This document shows positions 26,071 through 35,171 of a stretch of DNA of 57,558 bases, piece by piece (the stretch's first letter is position 1; every line of letters begins with the position of its first letter). This DNA comes from Thermodesulfobacteriota bacterium (lineage in GTDB: Bacteria > Desulfobacterota > Desulfomonilia > UBA1062). The DNA lies in the NCBI GenBank assembly GCA_025454155.1, contig JALOOZ010000009.1:1-57558 (forward strand), written 5' to 3'. The notes below the pieces were generated by a model. The model saw only the letters and a program-made list of their open reading frames with translations. It did not search any database and was not told the DNA's origin. The position numbers and the translations under genes were made by a program.

Positions 26071-26802
26071 ATGGTGAAATACCTGAGATTCACGAGCCTG
26101 TTCATCGTGTGCGCTGCAGCCATCATCCTCGTCGAGACCGCGTGCCATGCCGCACCAAAGGTACAGGTGGACCAGCCCGTCCATGATGCTGGGACGGTAA
26201 CCGAAGGCATGGATGTCATACACGAATTCATCTTCAAAAATGTCGGTGATCAGGACCTTGTCGTCAAACCGAAACCCTGTTGAGGCGCCACGGTGACCGT
26301 CCCGGGGGGGCGGCAGGTTGAGTCCGGCAAAACGGTGATCTCACCGGGAAAGACCCAGAAGGTGGTGGTGAACATCCCGACGAAGTACATCAAGACCAAG
26401 GACCTCTACACCAAGAATGTCGAGGTCGAGACCAATGATCCCGATGCATCCGTCGTGAAGCTCGCCATGAGGCTCAGGGTGGTGGAGATTCTGGCCATAA
26501 CTCCGGCTCAGGTCAATTTCGGCAAGGTGAAACCCGGATCGACCAGCAGGCAGGAGATCACCATCCTCAACAAGGGCAAGGACACCATAACACTGACCAG
26601 GATTGTAGCCAGTCCTGATTCGGTGCTCTCTGTGGCTCCTCAGGGGGAGAGAAGGCTTGACCCTGGGAAATCCATGCAATGGGAGGTCGTCTACAAACCA
26701 TCGCTGCCCGATGACCGTTTTCTCGGTACTGTTCAGATTGAAACCAGTCTGGAATCTCTCAGGAAGGTTGTCAGGGTCTCCGCTGAGGTTGTGAGCAACT
26801 GA
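26071..26802 (+). CDS. Secreted tandem DUF1573-like protein interrupted by one in-frame TGA (candidate selenoprotein, or pseudogene)
   Basis: ORFs 26071-26283 and 26293-26802 are in the same frame and separated only by TGA at 26281-26283. The read-through sequence is ...DLVVKPKPC-[TGA]-GATVTVPGGRQVESGKTVISPGK.... RBS GGAGGTG lies upstream and the N-terminus has a signal peptide. Confidence 0.6.
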
Positions 26803-26843
26803 TTGACAGTCCATCGAACTGGTCTCCCCCAGGGCTTTCTGAC

Positions 26844-28397
26844 ATGAAAGATGGATTCCGAAAGAATGTCGCCACGGTCGGGGGCCTGACCGCCATCAGT
26901 CGCGTGCTCGGCTTTGTTCGGGACATGGTCATGGCCTGGCTGCTCGGGGCGGGCCCCCTGGCAGATGCCTTTGTCGTTGCCTTCAGGCTCCCGAACCTGC
27001 TGAGGCGCTTCATGGCCGAGGGTGCCGTGAGCGTTGCCTTTGTGCCGGTCTTCAGCGAGGTGAAGGAACGGGAGGGAACCGACCAGGCCTTCCGCATGGC
27101 CCGCGAGGTCCTTACGCTCATGTTCGTGGCGCTCACTGTCGTGGTGCTCCTAGGGGAGATCGCCTCGCCGCTCCTTGTCACCATCATTGCACCGGGATTC
27201 CTGCACCTCCCTGTCTTTGACGTCACGGTCCATCTTACCCGGATCATGTTCCCCTACATCATGCTCATCGGGATAGCGGCCCTCCTCATGGGGATACTGA
27301 ACTCCCTGGGTCATTTCGCAATACCCGCCGCAGCGCCCATCATCATGAACATCTTCATGATCGGCGTGCCCGTTCTGCTGCATGTCGCCTTCCCCGTCAT
27401 CCCGTCGCCGGCGGATGCCCTGGCATGGGGGGTGGTCTCCGGAGGAATCGCCCAGATCCTCATACAGATCCCTCCTTTGAAGAAGCGGGGCGTTCCTCTC
27501 GGATTCATCAGGAACTTCCGGTCTCCCCGGGTTCGGAAGGTGGTGCATCTGATGGGCGTTGCTGCCATCGGGGCATCCATCTACCAGATCAATGTGCTTG
27601 TGGGGACCCTTCTCGCTTCACTCCTGCCTCAGGGAAGCGTCTCCTTCCTTTACTACTCCAACAGGATCCTCGAACTCCCCCTCGGGGTATTCGCCTTTGC
27701 CGTGGGCAATGTGATGCTGCCCTCCATGAGCTCCGCCTCGGCCCGCATGGACACGGAGCAGTTCTCCTTTCTCCTGGGCAGGGGGATCCTGGCGGTGCTT
27801 CTCTTCACGATCCCGGCCACAGTCGGCACCATCGTGCTGGCGACACCCATCTTCACCGTCCTTTTCATGCGGGGTGCATTCACCTATGCAGACGCCCTGG
27901 CCTCGGCATACGCCCTGCAGATGTACGGCCTGAGCCTCTGGGCCGTTGGGTACACGCGGATACAGACACAGGCCCTCTATGCCATGCAGAAGGCCAGGGT
28001 TGTGGTCAACATCTCCTGGATTTCCCTTGTGGTGAATGTGGTGTTCTGCCTTGTCCTCATGCAGTTCATGGATCATGCGGGGATCGCTCTGGCCAGCAGC
28101 CTCTCAGTGCTGATTCAACTCATGATTCAGCAACGATATGTCTCGGGATCTGGAATCCATATCCCGTCAGGGCACCTGAGGCAGATCGGGAAGATGATAA
28201 CGGCTTCACTTGTCATGGGCGCCGCACTGGTTCCTTTTGCACGCATGGACGTATGGAGGTCGGGTTTGACCCCTCGGTCGGGGATCGTCTTGTCCCTCTG
28301 TGTAGCTCTTGGAGCGCTTCTCTATTTCGCCAGCCTCTGGCTCATGGGCATGCGCAGCTTTCCAGGCGGCGGTTCCCAATCACGGGCCCTGCGATGA
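26844..28397 (+). CDS. murJ: Lipid II flippase MurJ
   Basis: TVGGLTAISRVLGFVRDMVMAWLLGAGPLADAFVVAFRLPNLLRRFMAEGA is the MurJ/MviN signature. The protein is about 14 TM and 517 aa. Confidence 0.92.
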   Translation: MKDGFRKNVATVGGLTAISRVLGFVRDMVMAWLLGAGPLADAFVVAFRLPNLLRRFMAEGAVSVAFVPVFSEVKEREGTDQAFRMAREVLTLMFVALTVVVLLGEIASPLLVTIIAPGFLHLPVFDVTVHLTRIMFPYIMLIGIAALLMGILNSLGHFAIPAAAPIIMNIFMIGVPVLLHVAFPVIPSPADALAWGVVSGGIAQILIQIPPLKKRGVPLGFIRNFRSPRVRKVVHLMGVAAIGASIYQINVLVGTLLASLLPQGSVSFLYYSNRILELPLGVFAFAVGNVMLPSMSSASARMDTEQFSFLLGRGILAVLLFTIPATVGTIVLATPIFTVLFMRGAFTYADALASAYALQMYGLSLWAVGYTRIQTQALYAMQKARVVVNISWISLVVNVVFCLVLMQFMDHAGIALASSLSVLIQLMIQQRYVSGSGIHIPSGHLRQIGKMITASLVMGAALVPFARMDVWRSGLTPRSGIVLSLCVALGALLYFASLWLMGMRSFPGGGSQSRALR

Positions 28398-28556
28398 GCC
28401 TGTGGTGTCCGGCTTCATATGACAGCGAAATCGAAATACCGTATGAAATTTATTTCTTATAAAGAGTAAGAAAAGTTCTATTTGTGAATCAATCCTCATA
28501 GAGATAACTTCCCATTTACATTCATGATATCAAACTGTTGTGCGATATATCGCTCA

Positions 28557-28572
28557 TGGCACCATGTTTGCT
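28557..28572 (+). promoter_or_regulatory. Sigma-54 (RpoN) promoter, -24/-12 elements
   Basis: TGGCAC-CATGT-TTGCT is an exact match to TGGCAC-N5-TTGCW. It lies in an AT-rich intergenic region, 43 nt upstream of a small ORF and 230 nt upstream of the GAF-GGDEF gene. Confidence 0.7.
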
Positions 28573-28614
28573 TCTTTAACAGCACGTCTATGGTTGATGC
28601 ATGGGGGCTTCATC

Positions 28615-28740
28615 ATGTGGCTCACGAGAAGGGAAATACTCGAACAGCTCGGAAGGCTCGGAATCAGGACCCTGAGGGAACTGAAAAGAGCCTGCAGGGA
28701 TTTCGAGTCCTATTGGTATTCCCAGCACCAGCGCATGTGA
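28615..28740 (+). CDS. Hypothetical 41-aa ORF downstream of the sigma-54 promoter
   Basis: MWLTRREILEQLGRLGIRTLRELKRACRDFESYWYSQHQRM, with a G-rich stretch 8 nt upstream. There is no family support. Confidence 0.25.
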   Translation: MWLTRREILEQLGRLGIRTLRELKRACRDFESYWYSQHQRM

Positions 28741-28801
28741 AGACCCTGTCTCCATATGATATTGAATGCACGTTTTCTTGGGGGAGTAAGCGGGAACTGC
28801 T

Positions 28802-29641
28802 ATGTGGCCTGAACGATTAACCGAGTATATTGTTGACCGAAAGCTTGAACTCTCCCCGGAATTCATAAAAAACAATGCAGACATCATCCCGCTGCTTTTC
28901 CAGGTGTCCCTCCTCTCCGACGTGGAGGTCAGGCTCGAGAAGATATCCGACCTCTTCCTGAACTTCGTCGGGCACATCACTCCTTACGATGTGGCTTTCG
29001 TCTATGTCTGGGACCCCCAGGAGACATGGTTCTGCAGGGGCCTGCAGGGTGAGATCCCAGAGGACATCGAGAAAGGGGATATCTTCACGGACGCCATGCG
29101 GGAAATGGCCAAGCCGATCCTTGTCCCCGACATAGGCCTCGCAGGAATCGAACCCGACGAGCTCCCCATTAAATGCTCCTCCATGATAGGGCTTCCCATC
29201 TACAAGGACACCAAGGTCATCGGCTGCCTCGAGCTCTTCCGGAAGGGCATCAAGGCCTTCTGTATCAACGACCTCATCCTGACCAAGCATCTCCTCCTGA
29301 GCTCCGAGAAAGTGCTCAGGGAGGTCCTCTCGCCGGACAGGGAATTCGACGATGCCCTGGACGTACGCATCGATGTTCCCCAGCGGCATATCCTTCTGGA
29401 TGTGCTGCACCAGTACGAGGAGCTTTCGAAACGGCTGAGCTTCCCTTTGAGCGTAGCCATCATAGAGATCGAAGACCGGGACAAGTTCGGCCTCTACCAG
29501 CACATACCCGAAGGGATCAGGACCCTGAAGACCCTGGCGAAGAGAATTCAGGAAGGGCTGCGGTGCTATGACAAGGTCCTTCGGTATGAGGAGCTCAGTT
29601 TCTTCGTAATCCTTCCAGGGTGTTCGTCGCGGCCTCGCTGA
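28802..29641 (+). CDS. GAF domain plus N-terminal part of a degenerate GGDEF domain (apparently truncated by a frameshift)
   Basis: GAF-like block (VYVWDPQETWF...IGLPIYKDTKVIGCLELF). The GGDEF fold has EELSF in place of GGDEF (VLRYEELSFFVILPGCS). The ORF stops 4 nt before the next ORF, which continues the same domain. Confidence 0.7.
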   Translation: MWPERLTEYIVDRKLELSPEFIKNNADIIPLLFQVSLLSDVEVRLEKISDLFLNFVGHITPYDVAFVYVWDPQETWFCRGLQGEIPEDIEKGDIFTDAMREMAKPILVPDIGLAGIEPDELPIKCSSMIGLPIYKDTKVIGCLELFRKGIKAFCINDLILTKHLLLSSEKVLREVLSPDREFDDALDVRIDVPQRHILLDVLHQYEELSKRLSFPLSVAIIEIEDRDKFGLYQHIPEGIRTLKTLAKRIQEGLRCYDKVLRYEELSFFVILPGCSSRPR

Positions 29642-29645
29642 CACC

Positions 29646-30611
29646 ATGACCATCGGGGTGGCGACCCTGCCCGATGATGCCCAGGATGCCAAGGCTGTCA
29701 TCCAGGTCGCCCACCAGACCCTTTCCCATGCAAGGAAGAAGGGCATTCACGTGGCCACGTTCTCCCAGACCGGTGCCTTGAAGACGGTCAACCTGTCCCT
29801 GGAGCTTCGTGTAAAGAAGCTCCTGCAGGCCGGGCCCTCCCTGAGAGCGCTGACCGAACTGCTCCAGCTCATCAAGATCCAGTGCCAGGCCGATGAACTC
29901 ATCATCCGCCATGATGCGCCCGGAACACGGATCTACTGGGATGGACATGAACTTGGCTCCCTCCACCAGGAAGGGCTGCCCGAGGATATCTTTGAATGGA
30001 TATCCACATACCTTGCCCCGGCCTGGGCCGTTGCCATAGGTTTCGATACGGATATCCATGACTGGTACATGGGCATCCTGAACACGGTATCCATCGTGAG
30101 CGATCTCCGTGCAGGGTGCCCCATGGGGTATTCCCTCAAGGTGTCGGACCAGACCTATACCCTGGCCAAGGAGATGGGCATGGGTGATGTTCTGGCCAAC
30201 CAATGGGCCGGCTCATCCCTTGCAGCCAACATAGGCTATCTCGGCATCCCCACGACCCTGTTCACCAAGGGCGACCTTACGCCCTTCGACAGGAAGAAGC
30301 TCAACACGCACCCCTTTATCAGTGCACGCATGCTGAAAGATGTCGCCGTGCTGAACCTCGATGACGACCTGCTGATGTTTCATCACGAGAACTTCGATGG
30401 CAGCGGGTATCCTCGGGGTCTCAAGGGGGAGGAGATCCCGCTTTCAGCCCGAGCCATGAGAGTGGTTGACACCTTCAATGCCCTCACGACACCCAGGCTC
30501 TACCGACCGCAGATGAATCACGAAGAGGCGCTCAAGGAATTGTGTGCCATGTCCGGGAAAGGTCTTGATCCGGAGATCACGTCCCTGTACGTGGACCTTA
30601 TCGGTTCTTGA
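29646..30611 (+). CDS. C-terminal part of the GGDEF domain plus a degenerate HD-GYP domain
   Basis: MTIGVATLPDDAQDAKAVIQVAHQTLSHARKKGIHVATF is the end of a GGDEF fold. The HD-GYP core HHENFDGSGYPRGLKGEEIP is present. The expected His and HD dyad read GYSLKV and AANIGYLGIP. Confidence 0.7.
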   Translation: MTIGVATLPDDAQDAKAVIQVAHQTLSHARKKGIHVATFSQTGALKTVNLSLELRVKKLLQAGPSLRALTELLQLIKIQCQADELIIRHDAPGTRIYWDGHELGSLHQEGLPEDIFEWISTYLAPAWAVAIGFDTDIHDWYMGILNTVSIVSDLRAGCPMGYSLKVSDQTYTLAKEMGMGDVLANQWAGSSLAANIGYLGIPTTLFTKGDLTPFDRKKLNTHPFISARMLKDVAVLNLDDDLLMFHHENFDGSGYPRGLKGEEIPLSARAMRVVDTFNALTTPRLYRPQMNHEEALKELCAMSGKGLDPEITSLYVDLIGS

Positions 30612-31992
30612 TCCACCGGGGGTGCGTGATTCCGTATTTCCTGATCTTGTAGTGGATCACCCGCTTGCTGATCCCCAGCATCGTTGCTGCTTCCTTCTGT
30701 ATCCAGTCATTCTTCCGCAGTGCATCCAGGATCATTTCCTTTTCTGAGAGCGCCAGTGATGACAGGGATCTCCCGTTATCCCCGTTGTCGCCACGCTCTG
30801 TGCTCACGGCGGGGTGATTCAGGTTCGGGTGAAGAATGGATATATCCTGGGTCCGGACCGCCTCACCCTCTGCAAGCAGCACGGCCCGTTCGATGCAGTT
30901 TCTTATCTCCCGGATATTCCCTGGCCAGTCATAATCTATGATCGCCTGGAGGGCCTGGGGTTCGATGCCCATCTGTGGCTTGTTGAATTCACGGCAGTAT
31001 TTCCTGATGAAATAGGTCACCAGGGGTTCGATGTCTTCCCTGCGCTGACGGACGGGTGGGATGTGGATATTGACTACGTTGATGCGGTAGAAAAGGTCCT
31101 CGCGGAACTTGCCCCGTTCGACCAGGCTATAGAGGTCCTGGTTCGTGGCGGTGATCACCCTGACATCCACCTTGATGGTGCGCTCCCCGCCGACCCTCTC
31201 GAACTCCCTCTCCTCCAGTACCCTCAACACCTTTGACTGGAGGCCGGTATCCATATCGCCTATCTCGTCGAGGAAGATGGTCCCCATGTTCGCCTGTTCC
31301 ACCCTGCCGACCCTCATGCGGACCGCCCCGGTGAAAGCGCCCTTTTCATGCCCGAAGAGCTCGCTCTCCAGGATGTTCTGGGGCAGCGCGGCGCAGTTGA
31401 CCTGAACGAAATTGTTTGCAGACCTGCTTGAGTTATGATGGATCGCCCCGGCAATGAGCCCCTTGCCGACGCCAGTTTCCCCGGTGATGAGCAGAGTGGA
31501 GTCGGCCTTCGCCACCTTTTCCGCCATCTTGAGCACCTTCTTCAGTGCAGGGCTTATCCCTATGATATCGGTGGTACGGTAGATGATATCCTCCTGGGTA
31601 TGGCGCAGGTAATCGATCTCGTTCTTCATGCGTTTGATGGACAGTGCATCGTCGATCTTCTGCACGAGTTCGTGCAGGCCGAAGGGCTTCTGAATGAAGT
31701 CCTGGGCCCCGTTCTTCATGGCGACAACGGCTGTGTCCACCGAGGCATAACCGGTCATGACAAGCACGATGGTGGTCTGGTTGATTGCCTTGACCTGCTT
31801 GAGGAGCTCGATGCCGTCGATGCCCGGCAGCTTGAGGTCGGTGAGCATGAGGTCGTAGATATACTTGTTCACCCTTACGAGAGCTGCCTCGGCGTTTTCC
31901 ACGAGCTCAACCTCGTGGTTGTGTCGCTTCAGCTCCTGAAAGATCACCTGCCCCAGGTTGATGTCGTCTTCAACAATGAGAATATGTGCCAT
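30598..31992 (-). CDS. Sigma-54-dependent response regulator (NtrC family: REC, AAA+, Fis-type HTH)
   Basis: REC domain (ILIVEDD...DLMLTDLKLPG), Walker A (GETGVGKG), GAFTGA loop (EKGAFTGA) and C-terminal HTH (QKEAATMLGISKRVIHYKIRKYGI). Confidence 0.92.
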   Translation of the reverse strand: MAHILIVEDDINLGQVIFQELKRHNHEVELVENAEAALVRVNKYIYDLMLTDLKLPGIDGIELLKQVKAINQTTIVLVMTGYASVDTAVVAMKNGAQDFIQKPFGLHELVQKIDDALSIKRMKNEIDYLRHTQEDIIYRTTDIIGISPALKKVLKMAEKVAKADSTLLITGETGVGKGLIAGAIHHNSSRSANNFVQVNCAALPQNILESELFGHEKGAFTGAVRMRVGRVEQANMGTIFLDEIGDMDTGLQSKVLRVLEEREFERVGGERTIKVDVRVITATNQDLYSLVERGKFREDLFYRINVVNIHIPPVRQRREDIEPLVTYFIRKYCREFNKPQMGIEPQALQAIIDYDWPGNIREIRNCIERAVLLAEGEAVRTQDISILHPNLNHPAVSTERGDNGDNGRSLSSLALSEKEMILDALRKNDWIQKEAATMLGISKRVIHYKIRKYGITHPRWIKNR

Positions 31993-32246
31993 AGATGTTG
32001 ACTTGATCGGCCTTGCAGTTACAAAACTTTACTTTTTTGTAATCGCGAATACCATCTGCTGTCCTGCAGTGGTTCTCATGCATTGGACAGGGAATCAGGG
32101 TACTGCCCTGATAAAAGATGGGGTTCAACTCTGTGCGCTTCGAGATGGAGTTGACCTGAACGGGCCGGTATACTATGGTGTGTGCGGGTCCACAGCTGAA
32201 AGGGCTTCATAACGGGAATACATCAGCCTTGGAGCGGGGTATAGGC

Positions 32247-32873
32247 ATGCTGTTGAAAACGGTTGTGGTTACGGAGTTCATGACCAATTGCTTCATTCTT
32301 GGTGATGAGCAGACGAAAAAGGGCATCGTGATCGATCCGGGGGGGGAGGCGGAGAAGATCCTCCGGCAGATAGAAGCCCTCGGCGTGGAGATTATGACCA
32401 TCGTGAATACCCATGCCCACGTCGATCACATTGGTGCCATAAGGGAGATCAAGGATGCTACAGGTGCACAGGTCATGATGCACCGCTCGGAGCTGCCGTT
32501 GCTCCAGGCAGCCTCGCGCATGGGCAGACTGTTCGGGATCCATGTGGAGCAGCCGCCAGATCCTGACCGCTTTCTGGCCGAAGGGGATGAAGTTTCTTTC
32601 GGGGACGGATTGTCCCTGAAGGTCATAGAAACCCCGGGCCATTCTCCGGGCGGAATTGCCCTGGTAGCCTCTGAGGGGAAGCTGTGTTTTGCTGGAGACA
32701 CCCTTTTTGCAGGTTCCATCGGCAGGACCGATTTGCCGGGTGGTGACTACCACACCCTCATATCCTCCATAAAAACCAAGCTGCTCCCCCTGGGGGACGA
32801 CATGAAGGTGTTGCCCGGACACGGACCGGCTACCACTCTTGGGGCCGAGCGCAGGCATAATCCATTCCTTTAG
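32247..32873 (+). CDS. MBL-fold metallo-hydrolase (GloB/YcbL-like)
   Basis: Start moved to the ATG at 32247. It has THAHVDHIG and the downstream TPGHSPGG and GD motifs. Confidence 0.85.
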   Translation: MLLKTVVVTEFMTNCFILGDEQTKKGIVIDPGGEAEKILRQIEALGVEIMTIVNTHAHVDHIGAIREIKDATGAQVMMHRSELPLLQAASRMGRLFGIHVEQPPDPDRFLAEGDEVSFGDGLSLKVIETPGHSPGGIALVASEGKLCFAGDTLFAGSIGRTDLPGGDYHTLISSIKTKLLPLGDDMKVLPGHGPATTLGAERRHNPFL

Positions 32874-32881
32874 GGAGGCCA

Positions 32882-33301
32882 ATGATGAAAAGAACCGTTT
32901 TGATAAGCCTAGCTGTTATGCTGTTGCTTTCCGGTTGTGCCCAGTTGAAAGGTGCAGGCACAGGAACTGCTCCTGCAGACGAGACGAAACCAACGCCCAG
33001 ATACCTCGATTTCTCCGATATCCTCATACCGGGAGAGCTGGAACGGGTACCCAAGGAATGCTTCATCACGAATGGATTCGGCAGGCTCGTGGTTTCGGGG
33101 AGGGTGCAGAGCGAATCCCTGGCCCAGTTCTTCATCACCTCCATGAACTCCGAAGGCTGGGTCGCACTGAACCAGTACAAGTTTCAAGGCTCCATAAAGC
33201 TCTTCTTCAAGAAACAGGATAAGTTCGCTTCAATCCTCATTGCAGAAGATCCTCTTTCGACAAGGGTGGAGTTATGGCTGGTACCGCAGGAGAAGATCTA
33301 G
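32882..33301 (+). CDS. Hypothetical lipoprotein
   Basis: MMKRTVLISLAVMLLLSGC lipobox. No family recognised. Confidence 0.6.
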   Translation: MMKRTVLISLAVMLLLSGCAQLKGAGTGTAPADETKPTPRYLDFSDILIPGELERVPKECFITNGFGRLVVSGRVQSESLAQFFITSMNSEGWVALNQYKFQGSIKLFFKKQDKFASILIAEDPLSTRVELWLVPQEKI

Positions 33302-34488
33302 AAGGCAAGACCGTCGTATACGGCATCACGGGCGGTATTGCGGCGTACAAGGCGCCGCTGGTCGTCAGGGGTCTCAAGAAGATCGGCCTTGACGTGCTTG
33401 CGGTGATGACCGAAGCGGCCCGGCACTTCGTAACGCCTGTGGTCCTTCAGACCCTCACGGGCTCTCCTGTTCATACGGACATGTTTCCGGATCCGCCACA
33501 GCCTTCCTACGATATCGATCATATCGCCCTGGCAGACAAAGCGGACCTCTTCCTCATAGCCCCTGCCACGGCGAACTTCATAGCCAAACTGGCCCAGGGC
33601 ATTGCTGATGATCTCCTGTCCTGCACGGTGCTGGCGACCAGGGCTCCTGTCCTCGTCTGCCCGTCCATGAACGTGAACATGTTATTGAACAAGGCGACCC
33701 AGGACAACCTGGAGATCATCAAGGCGAGAGGCATGCACGTTCTTGAGCCCCTTTCCGGCGAACTCGCATGCGGTTGGGAAGGCTCGGGCAGGCTTCCTGA
33801 TCCCGAACGGATCGTTGCAGAGGTGAAGATGCTTCTCGGCGAGCATGACCTCGCAGGCATCAATATCCTCATTACATCCGGTCCCACCTGTGAAGATATC
33901 GATCCGGTCCGATTCATCACCAACAGGTCCACGGGCAAGATGGGGGCCGCCCTCGTGGAGGCAGCCTGCATTAGGGGTGCACGGGTGAAGGTTGTCAGCG
34001 GACCCGTCATGGTGGACTATGCGCCCTGGGCAACGGTCGTGGATGTACGTTCAGCACAGGAGATGCTCTCTTCCGTCAAGGAAAACCTCTCTGAGACGGA
34101 TGTTCTTATCATGGCTGCAGCAGTGGCTGACTACACGCCACACACCTACTCGAAGAGCAAGATCAAGAAGGGCGAGAAAACAGCCCACATAGAACTGACG
34201 TCTACCCCCGATATCCTTGCCACGATACGCACCCTGAAGGAGTCGAAGATCTTTGTGGGGTTTGCCGCAGAGACTGAGAATCTCAAGAGCTATGCCCAGG
34301 ACAAGATGGTCAGGAAGGGACTTGACATGATCGTGGCCAACCGGGTGGGCGAGACGAGCACCGGCTTTGCCTCGGATACCAACAGCGGTGTGGTCCTTTC
34401 ACCTGAAGGAGTGATCTACGACTTCGAACACATGGAAAAGGACGTGCTGGCCCACAAGATCCTGGACCTCGTGAAAGAAAGGCTGTGA
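33274..34488 (+). CDS. coaBC: Bifunctional phosphopantothenoylcysteine decarboxylase / phosphopantothenate-cysteine ligase
   Basis: GKTVVYGITGGIAAYKAPLVVRGLKK flavoprotein start, PAMN-like CPSMNVNM, and a C-terminal ligase half (ILITSGPTCEDIDPVRFITNRSTGKMG). Confidence 0.92.
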   Translation: MAGTAGEDLEGKTVVYGITGGIAAYKAPLVVRGLKKIGLDVLAVMTEAARHFVTPVVLQTLTGSPVHTDMFPDPPQPSYDIDHIALADKADLFLIAPATANFIAKLAQGIADDLLSCTVLATRAPVLVCPSMNVNMLLNKATQDNLEIIKARGMHVLEPLSGELACGWEGSGRLPDPERIVAEVKMLLGEHDLAGINILITSGPTCEDIDPVRFITNRSTGKMGAALVEAACIRGARVKVVSGPVMVDYAPWATVVDVRSAQEMLSSVKENLSETDVLIMAAAVADYTPHTYSKSKIKKGEKTAHIELTSTPDILATIRTLKESKIFVGFAAETENLKSYAQDKMVRKGLDMIVANRVGETSTGFASDTNSGVVLSPEGVIYDFEHMEKDVLAHKILDLVKERL

Positions 34489-35171
34489 GGGAACAGATCA
34501 TTCAGCTCCTCAGAGATGAAGCCGCCTGGGCGGGGCCTTTTCTCATCATGCCTTCTTCGAGGCCGCAGGCGGCATCGGAATCCCAGGGTGCTGGAGACGG
34601 GTTGGAACGTCTCCGTCTGAGCGCTGAGGACTGCATGGAATGTCCCTTGAGCCGGACCAGGAAACGCGTTGTCTTCGGTGAAGGGAACCCCCGGGCCGCT
34701 CTCATGTTCATCGGTGAAGGTCCCGGCGCGGTGGAGGACGAGACCGGCAGGCCCTTTGTGGGTCCGGCCGGTGAGCTCCTGACGAGGATCATCGGGGCCA
34801 TGGGGCTTTCCCGGCAGGATGTCTACATCGCCAACATAGTCAAATGCAGGCCACCGGGAAACAGAGACCCTCATCCCGATGAGGTGGCTGCATGCATCGG
34901 GTATCTTCATGCACAGATCCACGGCATACGACCGAAGGTCATTGTGGGCCTGGGCAGGGTCGCGACACGGACGCTCCTCCAGGATGAAACCCCCATCAGC
35001 AGGCTTCGGGGCATATTCAGGGATTATCAGGGCATTACGATGATGCCCACCTATCACCCGAGCTACTTGTTACAGAATCCGTCCAAAAAGAGGGATGTAT
35101 GGGAAGATATCAAAAAGGTCATGGATGTTCTTGGAATCCCGCTGCCTCCATCGGAGCCCTCTGGGCGCTGA
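34485..35171 (+). CDS. Family-4 uracil-DNA glycosylase
   Basis: VVFGEGNPRAALMFIGEGPGAVEDETGRPFVGPAGELL and the HPSYLL motif. The GTG start overlaps the coaBC stop. Confidence 0.88.
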   Translation: MREQIIQLLRDEAAWAGPFLIMPSSRPQAASESQGAGDGLERLRLSAEDCMECPLSRTRKRVVFGEGNPRAALMFIGEGPGAVEDETGRPFVGPAGELLTRIIGAMGLSRQDVYIANIVKCRPPGNRDPHPDEVAACIGYLHAQIHGIRPKVIVGLGRVATRTLLQDETPISRLRGIFRDYQGITMMPTYHPSYLLQNPSKKRDVWEDIKKVMDVLGIPLPPSEPSGR

